From Microcystis aeruginosa NIES-2549 (GTDB lineage Bacteria > Cyanobacteriota > Cyanobacteriia > Cyanobacteriales > Microcystaceae), in contig NZ_CP011304.1 in NCBI RefSeq assembly GCF_000981785.2, positions 2,460,001 through 2,492,000 of the forward strand: a DNA stretch of 32,000 nt, in the 5' to 3' direction. The translations under genes and the position numbers were made by a program. Position 1 is the stretch's first letter; every line of letters begins with the position of its first letter. This document shows, one piece after another, positions 1-8,312 of this stretch. Below the pieces are notes generated by a model. The model searched no databases, was not told the DNA's origin, and saw nothing but the letters and a program-made list of their open reading frames with translations.

Positions 1-318
1 GGAATTTTAGGTTGGGTAATCGGAGACCATAGTAGCGAAACGTTTCGCCCATTATGGGAATTAGTTAAGTCTTGGGGATGCTATTTTTATGTGAGTGATG
101 GATGGTCAGTTTATCCATGTTTTATAGCAGAGGGCGACCATATAATTAGTAAGACTTATATGACCAGAGTAGAGGGTGAGAACACACGTTTAAGACATTA
201 TCTAGCCCGATTGCATCGCAAAACACTCTGCTATTCTAAGTCTACAGAAATGTTAGGATACTCTATTCGTTTATTAATTCATTATCTGAAGTTTCAAGAA
301 GTGCCTATTCCTTACTGA
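1..318 (+). CDS. IS1-family transposase, C-terminal part (5' end lies outside the window)
   Basis: Frame 1 is open from nt 1: GILGWVIGDHSSETFRPLWELVKSWGCYFYVSDGWSVYPCFIAEGDHIISKTYMTRVEGENTRLRHYLARLHRKTLCYSKS. This is the typical InsB-type IS1 C-terminal region. The ORF-track entry 91..318 is only the part that follows an internal Met. Confidence 0.75.
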   Translation, partial: GILGWVIGDHSSETFRPLWELVKSWGCYFYVSDGWSVYPCFIAEGDHIISKTYMTRVEGENTRLRHYLARLHRKTLCYSKSTEMLGYSIRLLIHYLKFQEVPIPY

Positions 319-345
319 TTCATAGCTTAATTCAGCAACGCCCCC
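1..345 (+). mobile_element. Right-hand end of an IS1-family insertion sequence; the element continues upstream of the window
   Basis: The transposase ORF is open from nt 1 and stops at 318. The flanking GT2 reading frame on the minus strand loses family-like sequence at about 343/344. The inferred terminal repeat, read inward from about 343, is GGGGCGTTGCTGAATTAAGC, which loosely resembles the IS1 end GGTGATGCTGCCAACTTA. The boundary is approximate, about +/-5 nt. Confidence 0.65.
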
Positions 346-568
346 AATCGTATTTAGTCTCGATATTTTCTAGCATCCAAGTTCTTTGTTTACCATGACT
401 CTCGAATTGATGCTGAATCACGCGCACTGGATAACGAGAAGTAATCTCTACTGTACGATCGCTACTGTAGGAGTCAACCACAATCACATCATCGGATAGA
501 AGTGCCGATTCCACACAGGCGGCAATATCAATTTCTTCGTTATGAGTGAGAATGTAAATGGAAAACAT
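332..568 (-). pseudogene. Family-2 glycosyltransferase, N-terminal about 74 codons only, truncated by the IS1 insertion
   Basis: MFSIYILTHNEEIDIAACVESALLSDDVIVVDSYSSDRTVEI...KQRTWMLENIETKYDW is a GT2 N-terminal fold segment. The frame then runs into IS sequence (GRC-stop) before the expected DxD (LDADE-type) motif. Confidence 0.7.
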
Positions 569-832
569 AGATATAATATGGTGTTTGATTATACGAAACC
601 TTATCGGGCATTAGTCCTATTGTGTACTGGAAAAAGCGGAATGAAAACCCTTATTATCCAAGAAATTTTTTTAAAACTGTCAGACTGAGCCTATTCTAAC
701 CTCGATCGCCATTTTGTCAATATTTCTTAAGTATTACTTGAAAAATTCTTTACCTGAGCTTGCGGCGACCGGCGGTGAGCTATTCCCCACCATGAGATAA
801 TAGACGGTGCTTTATGTCTCCAGTAATTTTCG

Positions 833-1627
833 ATGACTGCTGTTTCCGAGTGTTTTCGTTCTCTCCGTTCCCAGGGGAATTGTGCCTTAATTCCCTTTAT
901 CACTGCCGGTGATCCCGATTTATCTACCACTGCCCAAGCTTTACGCATTTTAGACCGGGCAGGGGCCGATCTGATCGAGTTGGGGGTTCCCTATTCCGAT
1001 CCTCTTGCGGATGGTCCGGTTATTCAAGCGGCAGCCACCCGCGCTTTAAATCGGGGTGTCAAGTTGGAAGATGTGCTAGAAATCGTCAAAAATGCTCAGG
1101 GAGAGGTGAAAGCTCCCATTATTCTCTTTACTTACTATAATCCCATCTATCATCGCGGGATAGATGTCTTTTTAGACCAAATTAAAGCAGCCGGGGTGAG
1201 TGGTTTGGTGGTTCCCGATTTACCCCTAGAGGAAGCGGCAAGTCTGCTGCAACCGGCTGCCGCTAAGGGAATTGAGGTGATTTTATTGGTAGCGCCTACC
1301 AGTCCCCCGGAACGAATACAAGCGATCGCCCTGCAATCCCAAGGTTTTATTTATCTGGTTAGTGTCACGGGAGTGACGGGAATGCGGAATCAAGTGGCCA
1401 CGAGAGTGGAGGAATTGCTCGATTCTATCCGTTCTGTCACCGATAAACCCGTGGGGGTAGGATTTGGCATTTCTGACCCGACACAGGCACTACAGGTGAA
1501 AAACTGGGGTGCTGATGCGGTAATTGTCGGCAGTGCCATGGTTAAACGTCTGGCCGATAATTCCCCCGGCGATGGGTTAAAATCCCTCGAAGAATTCTGT
1601 CGCAGTTTAAAACAGGCGATTGCTTGA
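833..1627 (+). CDS. trpA: Tryptophan synthase alpha chain
   Basis: 264 aa. Motifs [46 protein letters not shown] and VIVGSA are characteristic of TrpA. Confidence 0.95.
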   Translation: MTAVSECFRSLRSQGNCALIPFITAGDPDLSTTAQALRILDRAGADLIELGVPYSDPLADGPVIQAAATRALNRGVKLEDVLEIVKNAQGEVKAPIILFTYYNPIYHRGIDVFLDQIKAAGVSGLVVPDLPLEEAASLLQPAAAKGIEVILLVAPTSPPERIQAIALQSQGFIYLVSVTGVTGMRNQVATRVEELLDSIRSVTDKPVGVGFGISDPTQALQVKNWGADAVIVGSAMVKRLADNSPGDGLKSLEEFCRSLKQAIA

Positions 1628-1685
1628 CCTATCAGGAGACAGCTTTTATTTATCCTCCCCCGCAACAAGCACGAACTGGTCTCCC

Positions 1686-1725
1686 CACTTCCTCACTTCC
1701 TCACTTCCTCACTTCCCCACTTCCC
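1686..1725. repeat. Tandem octamer array, CACTTCCT x3 plus CACTTCCC x2
   Basis: Read directly from the sequence, 59 nt downstream of the trpA stop. A related CGCCACTT x2 array lies at 17125-17142. Confidence 0.9.
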
Positions 1726-1841
1726 ACCCGAACACCCAACTAAGGGCCAACTACTCAAAATCGTTATGACTATGATATATTTGTTAAGGAATGTAAAAAT
1801 AGTTGCATTTTCCCAGAAACTAGATTAAGGAGATTAAAAGT

Positions 1842-2441
1842 ATGACCGCCGAAGGTTGCTTAAGAGTCGGACAAGCGGCGCCGGATTTCACCGCGACCGC
1901 CGTTTTCGATCAAGAGTTCAAAACCATCAAATTATCGGATTATCGGGGTAAATACGTCGTTTTATTCTTCTATCCCCTCGATTTTACCTTTGTTTGCCCC
2001 ACGGAAATTACCGCTTTCAGCGATCGAGTTAGCGAATTTGCCAGCATCAACACCGAGATTTTAGGGGTGTCCGTCGATAGCGAATTTGCTCACCTAGCAT
2101 GGATTCAAACCGAGAGAAAATCCGGCGGTGTGGGGGATGTGGCCTATCCTTTGGTGTCGGATCTGAAAAAAGAAATCAGCACCGCTTACAATGTTCTTGA
2201 CCCGGATGCGGGGGTGTCCCTGCGCGGTCTCTTTATCATCGATAAAGAAGGTGTTATCCAACACGCTACTATTAATAATCTTTCCTTTGGTCGCAGTGTC
2301 GATGAAACCCTCCGCACTCTGAAAGCGATTCAATACGTCCAATCCCACCCGGATGAAGTTTGTCCCGCCGGTTGGAAAGAAGGGGATGCTACCATGGTTC
2401 CCGACCCTGTGAAGTCAAAAGTTTACTTCGCGGCAGTTTAG
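1842..2441 (+). CDS. Typical 2-Cys peroxiredoxin (AhpC/Prx1 subfamily)
   Basis: 199 aa. Peroxidatic Cys motif [10 protein letters not shown] and resolving Cys motif EVCPAGW are present. An AAGGAG RBS lies 8 nt upstream of the ATG. Confidence 0.92.
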   Translation: MTAEGCLRVGQAAPDFTATAVFDQEFKTIKLSDYRGKYVVLFFYPLDFTFVCPTEITAFSDRVSEFASINTEILGVSVDSEFAHLAWIQTERKSGGVGDVAYPLVSDLKKEISTAYNVLDPDAGVSLRGLFIIDKEGVIQHATINNLSFGRSVDETLRTLKAIQYVQSHPDEVCPAGWKEGDATMVPDPVKSKVYFAAV

Positions 2442-2494
2442 TTAAAAATCCTCAGAATTCCCTCAGCTATAGATGGGGGCAGACTTTTAAGGGG

Positions 2495-2522
2495 GGGGCG
2501 AAATAATTCGCCCCTCATTTTA
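2495..2522 (+). terminator. Candidate intrinsic terminator of the peroxiredoxin gene
   Basis: An 8-bp GC-rich stem pairs GGGGCGAA (2495-2502) with TTCGCCCC (2507-2514) around an ATAA loop. It is followed by TCATTTT, about 55 nt after the stop codon. Confidence 0.6.
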
Positions 2523-2996
2523 ATCGGAAAATTTTCCAGAAAATTGGCCCCATTAGCCATGACCTCATCTAGAATACTGGCCAGCAAGTCTAGAAAGAGT
2601 CACGGCGATCTATGACTACCAGTAATTATGATTCCGAGTTGACAGTTTTGGGATTACCCGCGGCCAAAGGTAGATGGTTATTAATTATCTACCAATATGA
2701 CGAAACAAATATCGATGTCATTTTGTACTGGTAGAGGTTACATTGGACTGTATAGGTCTTTTAATCGCTCTTTTTCTGTGTGATGGTCGATCTTGAATCA
2801 AATCTCGGTTTTCCTCGAGGAAAGAAATTAACTGATCATCAGGGATTTCTCGGAACTCTCCAGTTTTCGATAAAACAGCAGCCATGGTAAATCGGACTCC
2901 CGAATATTCGTCTTGATCGCTATCAAAGCAGTCTTCTACTAATCAGGGGGTGTCCGCAGCTCTCAATAACTGTCAGCTAACCGCTCAAAATTGCCT

Positions 2997-3248
2997 TTAT
3001 TGTTGGGATTTTTTCGGCCACTGCTGACGGCGATAACTGCTATACTGCCCATGAATATTGACCAGATAGGGAACTAGATAAGTCAGTGATGCCGCCATCC
3101 AGCGATCGCTTGTCATGCGGCCGCTGATTATAGCATAACCGTGGTTAATTGTCAATAAAATTGTCCCTACCACTACAGCCACTTTTATCCCAGTGGGGGC
3201 AAATTGGGGGGATAATAAAGCCCGAAAATAGCCGATAATACCTTTCAT
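2997..3248 (-). CDS. nrtS: Small membrane protein, NrtS-like (putative nitrate/nitrite transporter family)
   Basis: 83 aa with two predicted TM helices. The pattern KVAVVVGTILLTINHG...LTYLVPYLVNIHG matches my recollection of the NrtS family. It starts 3 nt after the stop of the upstream GUN4-domain gene, so the two are likely co-transcribed. Confidence 0.55.
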   Translation of the reverse strand: MKGIIGYFRALLSPQFAPTGIKVAVVVGTILLTINHGYAIISGRMTSDRWMAASLTYLVPYLVNIHGQYSSYRRQQWPKKSQQ

Positions 3249-3251
3249 CGT

Positions 3252-3842
3252 CTATAAATCGCACTCTATCAGGCGAGTAAAACAAAAAGTCACCATTTTT
3301 AACCCGTAGGGAGACTTCCACCAGAGAGCGGGAAAACAGCCTTCTGGAGCTGCTAGACTAAAATCCCAGTGATCATAATCATCGATACGCCACTGCTCTT
3401 TATCGCGCCATCCTACCAATTCCCCAAATTTTCTAATCGTTTCCGCATCTTGGGTTCGCAGGGTGTTAATACTACCCCCGACGGCAAAATATAACTTCAC
3501 CTGATTGCTAAAACCGAAATGATCGCCGCTATAATTTTTCCAAAGGCGATCGAGTACCCGAATCACATTAACGGGAAACCGCATCATATCCTCTGGGGTT
3601 AAAGTATCGCGGGTTCTGCCAGCAGCTTCGAGGATAACTCGGAGAGTTTCTGCGTCTGCTTCCCTAAAGTTCCCCTCAGCTAGGAATTGCTGTAATTTAC
3701 CATAGCGCTCGATGTCCGGTACTAACATCTGCCGCGCTTCGATGAGGGCAACCCGTTCGCTTAAAGATTGCAATTGAGCTAAAATATCCTGTAGTTGGGC
3801 GTTAATATCTGACATAAATGTAAGGGGGTTTGTTGACTGCAA
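3252..3842 (-). CDS. GUN4-domain-containing protein
   Basis: The C-terminal 140 aa (LDRLWKNYSGDHFGFSNQVKLY...GWRDKEQW...PEGCFPALWW) fits the GUN4 porphyrin-binding domain. The N-terminus is a short coiled coil. The ORF-track start at 3842 is TTG; the first ATG is at 3815 (MSDINAQ...). Confidence 0.7.
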   Translation of the reverse strand: MQSTNPLTFMSDINAQLQDILAQLQSLSERVALIEARQMLVPDIERYGKLQQFLAEGNFREADAETLRVILEAAGRTRDTLTPEDMMRFPVNVIRVLDRLWKNYSGDHFGFSNQVKLYFAVGGSINTLRTQDAETIRKFGELVGWRDKEQWRIDDYDHWDFSLAAPEGCFPALWWKSPYGLKMVTFCFTRLIECDL

Positions 3843-3868
3843 AAACTACGGATTTATCGGCAAAATAA

Positions 3869-4999
3869 TTATTGATTTACCGCTTCTAATCGTGACTTAA
3901 CAAAGCGGTTCATCCATGCTTCTAGATAGATGCGATTGGCTTTTTGTTCTTTTAAATCTGTGGTAGTTAAAGGGTAAGGCGCTAATCCTTGAATGGCTGC
4001 CGTTGTCACACAAAACATCGACTTTTGAAAAGTTTCGCAGATCTGGACTAATAAATCTTCCTCTTGACGAAAACTCTTTTTATAAATGTCGTGCAGATAA
4101 TCAGGTAAAAAGTGACGCATATCCTGCATTAATAGTGTGGGGGGAATCCCTGCACCTCCGATGGGTAAAGGATCCGCATACAAAGCACCATAGGCAAACA
4201 TTCCTTGATCGTAGGGAATTTGATAGGCTTGGGCATTATAAGAAATTGTACCGGGGAAAGGTGTTCCGCGAAAGAAAACCGCCTCAACGTAGGGGATTGC
4301 CGTATCTGCAAGAAAGGTTAATCCTGCCGATTTGGGGATAAGATCATAGGTTTGTCCTTTGATTTTTACCTGATAGACAATTGCTTGACTAGCATTATCG
4401 ACTAAATTTTTCTTAATATGTGCCACCACTTCGGGAATATTAGTAATTTTTCTGGCATCGTAGAGATCGGATAAACTTAAAAAAGTATCGGCCATAATTC
4501 GCCAAAATTGACCTAAACCGCTATAGTAGGCCATCATCCGCATTTGTTCTGGCAAAAATTCAGGAAAGGCTTTATTTAAAATTAAAACTAGGGGATTATT
4601 CCTAAATTTGGCTTGAATAACCTTGGCTGTCACTTCTCGAAAAGCGGCACCATCTACATAACTATCTAAACCACCCCCACCATGCCAAAACATCGCTTTC
4701 ATACAATATTCAGCATACTCAAAATTAATGCGATTATGCCACCAGTGTTGTAGTAATTTCTGCCAAGATACTTGACCATTAAAATATTTAAAGAAAGGGA
4801 AAAAAACCAAAAACTGATTTTCGGCAATATAAATTAAATTTTTGGAATAAGCATCTAACACCACTCCGTAACTTTTCAGGATACCCACCACCTCGATCAA
4901 ATTCTGGGGCGTATCTTTTAACAATGCTTCCCCAGCCGTGAGACGATCAATATAGGATGCTAGGGGATGAGAGGAGGACTTGACAGGGATAGTGACCAT
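3869..4999 (-). CDS. cupB: CO2 hydration protein of the NDH-1 CO2-uptake complex (ChpX/CupB type)
   Basis: 376 aa. Strongly family-like blocks include HPLASYIDRL, VVGILKSYGVVLDAYSKNLIYIAENQFLVFFPFFKYFNG and WWHNRINFEYAEYCMKAMFWHGGGGLD. The length fits ChpX rather than the longer ChpY/CupA. Confidence 0.75.
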   Translation of the reverse strand: MVTIPVKSSSHPLASYIDRLTAGEALLKDTPQNLIEVVGILKSYGVVLDAYSKNLIYIAENQFLVFFPFFKYFNGQVSWQKLLQHWWHNRINFEYAEYCMKAMFWHGGGGLDSYVDGAAFREVTAKVIQAKFRNNPLVLILNKAFPEFLPEQMRMMAYYSGLGQFWRIMADTFLSLSDLYDARKITNIPEVVAHIKKNLVDNASQAIVYQVKIKGQTYDLIPKSAGLTFLADTAIPYVEAVFFRGTPFPGTISYNAQAYQIPYDQGMFAYGALYADPLPIGGAGIPPTLLMQDMRHFLPDYLHDIYKKSFRQEEDLLVQICETFQKSMFCVTTAAIQGLAPYPLTTTDLKEQKANRIYLEAWMNRFVKSRLEAVNQ

Positions 5000-5030
5000 G
5001 CTAGAAGCTTGATAAAATAACTTTCCTCAT

Positions 5031-5393
5031 CTATTTTAACGCATAAAAGCACAACCAATTGGCGGCAGTGGCACGGCGAGTCATGCGGGGATTGAATTCG
5101 CCAATTTTATAACCAGTAAACCCCAATTTATCTTTTAATAATTGTTTATTTTCTGGCAAGATCGATCGAGTTAATTTTACTGTTGGGGGACGATTGGCAA
5201 TAAAATCTGGGGGTTCGGGATATTCACAGCGCCAATCTTCCTCTACTTGACTATTATCCCATTTTCCTTGACTTTCATCGTAGCGATAACCTAAACTTTG
5301 CCAGACTAATTTATTAACGGTTTCGTCGTCAATTTCATCGTTAATAATCGCCCAAATTATCTCTATATTTAATTCTGGTAGTTCCATAATCAA
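5031..5393 (-). CDS. Conserved cyanobacterial/plastid-lineage hypothetical protein (possibly DUF1823 family)
   Basis: 120-aa ORF with good coding character. The family name is recalled, not verified. Confidence 0.6.
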   Translation of the reverse strand: MIMELPELNIEIIWAIINDEIDDETVNKLVWQSLGYRYDESQGKWDNSQVEEDWRCEYPEPPDFIANRPPTVKLTRSILPENKQLLKDKLGFTGYKIGEFNPRMTRRATAANWLCFYALK

Positions 5394-5399
5394 GTGAAT

Positions 5400-5457
5400 G
5401 GGGTGTAGGGTGTGGGCTTCGGCCGTGAGCTCAGCCGAACGGGTGTGGGGTGTGGGG
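5400..5457 (+). repeat. G-tract repeat blocks (GGGTGT units) flanking a short hairpin
   Basis: GGGGTGTAGGGTGTGGG (5400-5416) and GGGTGTGGGGTGTGGGG (5441-5457) lie on the same strand. They flank the stem TTCGGC/GCCGAA (5418-5423 / 5434-5439). Confidence 0.85.
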
Positions 5458-5574
5458 AGAATAAATAAAATAATCTCCTATTTCCTGACGACCGGCTACT
5501 GACGACCGCCTCCTGACTACGGTTAAAATAACTGGTGAATAACATCATTAATCATCGCGTAAGCGTAGCCTATT

Positions 5575-6468
5575 TTGCCTCCTTCTAACGCCAAAATTAT
5601 TTTTATCTTAATTATCGGTGTGGTGTCGGTTTCTGCATCGGCAATTTTTATCCGGTTAGCGATCGAAGCGGTAGGTAATGCTACGATCGCATTTAGTTTA
5701 TTTTTAGCGACTTCTCGTCTGATATTGGCTTCTGTTGTCCTAATTCCGAACTGGTTGACCTTATCACGCCAAAAAGTCCCTGTTCAAGCCTATTATTACG
5801 CAGTGGGGGCAGGATTTTGTTTAGCTCTCCATTTTGCTACTTGGATTACTTCTCTATCCTACACCTCGATCGCCGCTTCCACCACTTTAGTCACTACTAA
5901 TCCCCTCTGGGTTTCCCTGTTGGGTTGGTGGTGGTTTCGAGAAAAACCGAGCAAATTAACCTTTATCGGCATTTTTGTGGCTCTAACGGGGGGATTATTG
6001 ATTGTTTTAGCCGATCGAGATCTCAGTAGTTCTTATCCTAACCCTTTATTGGGCAATAGCTTGGCTTTAATTGGGGCAATTCTCGTTAGTGGTTATATTC
6101 TCCTCGGACGGGAAGCACAAAGAAAGGGCTTAAATATTAAGAATTATATAACTGTAGCCTACACTACCGCAGGATTAGCTTTATTACCTGCTATTTTTTT
6201 ATTCGGTCAAGGTTACGAAAGCTATCCCTTATCCGTGTATGTTTATGTGTTAATGATGGCGATTTTTCCGCAATTAATCGGTCATACTAGCTTTAACTGG
6301 GCTTTGCGATGGGTAGCACCGACAATAGTAACGATGGTAATTTTATTAGAGCCAATCGCCGCTAGTCTGTTAGGAATGTTCATTTTTGGTGAAATACCAG
6401 CCCAAGAAGTCATTTATGGCGGATTAATTCTATTAATCGGCGTAGGCATTGCTATTTTAGGCGGATAA
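5575..6468 (+). CDS. EamA/DMT-superfamily transporter
   Basis: 297 aa with about 10 hydrophobic helices arranged as two EamA-like halves. The start codon is TTG in the track. Confidence 0.8.
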   Translation: MPPSNAKIIFILIIGVVSVSASAIFIRLAIEAVGNATIAFSLFLATSRLILASVVLIPNWLTLSRQKVPVQAYYYAVGAGFCLALHFATWITSLSYTSIAASTTLVTTNPLWVSLLGWWWFREKPSKLTFIGIFVALTGGLLIVLADRDLSSSYPNPLLGNSLALIGAILVSGYILLGREAQRKGLNIKNYITVAYTTAGLALLPAIFLFGQGYESYPLSVYVYVLMMAIFPQLIGHTSFNWALRWVAPTIVTMVILLEPIAASLLGMFIFGEIPAQEVIYGGLILLIGVGIAILGG

Positions 6469-6805
6469 GCTGTTAGTGTATCTAATATTACTGGTTAAGT
6501 GTGATCTCGATCGCCAATTGTGATCACAGACAAAAGCTAGATTAGTGTACAATGCTAACTGAATGAGAGTTTAAGTAGGTAGGTCTTAAAAACTTGCGGA
6601 TGCCCCCTTTATCAAGGGGGGATTAAGGGGGGATATATCTTCAATTTAATTATAACCAGCTACTTAGACAATCTGACTCACTTGAGAAATAGGGTTTTTG
6701 GGGAATTAATTCCCTGACTAAAATTAAAAATATCCGATTATCTTGTTACTCTGTAGTTGAGAGCTAAAAAAGCCAGTAGTTTTCGGGAAAAACGGGGGGT
6801 AAAAA

Positions 6806-7579
6806 GTGAAATCAAAAGAAAAGGGAATACAGTCAAAACTGTCATCATCCGAGTCGGGTTTCTCGATGTTAGAAGTGATGATTGCCATTTTAACTATTAC
6901 CGCTTTCTCAACAGGAACCCTACAGTTAATGGCATTCACTGCCTTATATAAAGTTCGGGCAGAAAGACAGGCTAAAGCTAACTTTTGGATTCAAGAAGAC
7001 TTCGAGGATGTCAAATTTTTAGCTTCGACTTTAGATGTTAATGACAATGATGATAGCGTCAATGCAGATAATCATGATCCCGATCGTTTTAGTGAAATAT
7101 ATCCTAATGTTTGCTCAGATATAAATCAAGGTTATGCCAGAGAACTCAGAAGGCGTTTGCCCTCCCAGGATCCAAATTTTAGAGATCCTGAACCTCCTCC
7201 TGATCCTGATGATTATGCTATTCCCGCTAGTGATTTTGATTTACCTCAACTACCATTATCACGAGAATCAAGACCATTACCACCATTAGCAGAAACATTA
7301 GTTGCAACACGAGAAATTGTAGGTAAAAACTATTCTCTCTATCGAACTTTTCCTGATGATTTTGAAGAAGATAATCATCCTGATCCTTCTATCATAAGCA
7401 CAGCCCAGATAGATAATCCCCATCGTCTCCGTATAGAGTATAAGGTGAAGTTAGCTGATGGTGAAATAGCTAATGACTATCAAACTCAAGAAAGAGACGA
7501 AAGAAACGAAGAAGAAGGAAAATTTCTTGCTAAAAGTTCTGTCGAGGTGATTCCCAATGCGTCGTTTAAATGTCCATAA
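6806..7579 (+). CDS. Prepilin-type N-terminal cleavage/methylation domain protein (atypical pseudopilin / minor pilin)
   Basis: The leader MKSKEKGIQSKLSSSESG is followed by FSMLEVMIAILTITAF, giving the class III signal G|F with Glu at +5. The remainder is acidic and Pro-rich with no recognisable pilin fold signature. The start is GTG. Confidence 0.7.
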   Translation: MKSKEKGIQSKLSSSESGFSMLEVMIAILTITAFSTGTLQLMAFTALYKVRAERQAKANFWIQEDFEDVKFLASTLDVNDNDDSVNADNHDPDRFSEIYPNVCSDINQGYARELRRRLPSQDPNFRDPEPPPDPDDYAIPASDFDLPQLPLSRESRPLPPLAETLVATREIVGKNYSLYRTFPDDFEEDNHPDPSIISTAQIDNPHRLRIEYKVKLADGEIANDYQTQERDERNEEEGKFLAKSSVEVIPNASFKCP

Positions 7580-8177
7580 AAATCAGGGTTTTACCCTGTT
7601 AGAAATTTTGGTAGCTTTGGCAATTACGGGAATTCTTGCCGCCTTAACTGGACCTAATTTATCAGCTTGGTTAAATAGCAATAAAGTCAAAGAAGCCACC
7701 GATTCTATACAATTAGCCCTAGAGGATGCCCAAAGACAAGCTATCCGTCTGGGGAGGAATTGCACGATTAATTTTACTGGCGGGACTGGCAATAATCCCA
7801 CGGTTTACTCGCAAATAACCGCCAGTGAACCAGGTTGTTTAGTGGCGACTAATACTAATGCGGGTTCCCTAAGTCTGCCGCAGGAAATATTTATGGTGGT
7901 GAGGAATTTTCCCACCCTAGGCAGCAGTCCGGGGGTGCAGTTTTCCTTTCGGGGTCATGTGCCGGGGTTAACCTTTACTCCGCCGCAAAACCAAGCGATA
8001 ATCGTATTATATCCCGCCGCCGATGCCACCGCCGATCCCTATCCCAACCAAGAAAAAAAATGTCTAGTTATCGCTTCTATGCTAGGAATAGTTAAACAAG
8101 GTACTTATACTGGAACTTCTCTAACTAACCTCGATGCTCGTCAATGTGAAATCCGTCTCGATGGAACTCAACCTTAA
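7557..8177 (+). CDS. GspH/FimT-like pseudopilin (type IV pilus minor pilin / T2SS pseudopilin)
   Basis: MRRLNVHKNQG|FTLLEILVALAITGILAAL is a canonical prepilin N-terminus with Glu at +5. The following SAWLNSNKVKEATDSIQLALEDAQRQAIRLGRNCTINF is GspH/FimT-like. It overlaps the upstream gene by 23 nt. Confidence 0.8.
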   Translation: MRRLNVHKNQGFTLLEILVALAITGILAALTGPNLSAWLNSNKVKEATDSIQLALEDAQRQAIRLGRNCTINFTGGTGNNPTVYSQITASEPGCLVATNTNAGSLSLPQEIFMVVRNFPTLGSSPGVQFSFRGHVPGLTFTPPQNQAIIVLYPAADATADPYPNQEKKCLVIASMLGIVKQGTYTGTSLTNLDARQCEIRLDGTQP

Positions 8178-8312
8178 TCAGTTATCAGTTATCAGTTATC
8201 AGGTGTGAGTTATCAGTTACCAGATGTGAGTTATCAGATGTGAGTTACCAGATGTGAGTTTTTAGTTTACTGATTACTGTTTACTGATTACTGATTACTG
8301 ATTACCGATTAC
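8178..8312. repeat. Composite heptamer-repeat element: (CAGTTAT)n, (CAGATGTGAGTTAY)n, then (TTACTGA)n
   Basis: It fills the entire gap between the stop codons of two convergent genes (8175-8177 and 8309-8311). The left and right blocks are reverse complements apart from one T:T mismatch per 7-mer. Confidence 0.9.

Noticed and set aside
6603-6632. C5TT-ATC-AAG6 hairpin followed by GATTAAGGGGGG, upstream of the pseudopilin genes, as a specific regulatory site
   Set aside because: It looks like a copy of the common cyanobacterial G/C-run palindromic mini-repeat. There is no evidence here for a specific function.
6724-6951. ORFs 6724..6939 (-) and 6757..6951 (+) overlapping the start of the first pseudopilin gene
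   Set aside because: The frame beginning at 6806 carries an unmistakable prepilin signal (G|FSMLEV). The alternatives have no features.
8178-8312. Heptamer arrays here and at 17065-17142 and 31682-31870, considered as CRISPR arrays
   Set aside because: The units are 7-14 nt and directly abutting, with no unique spacers of about 30-40 nt. No cas genes are in the window.
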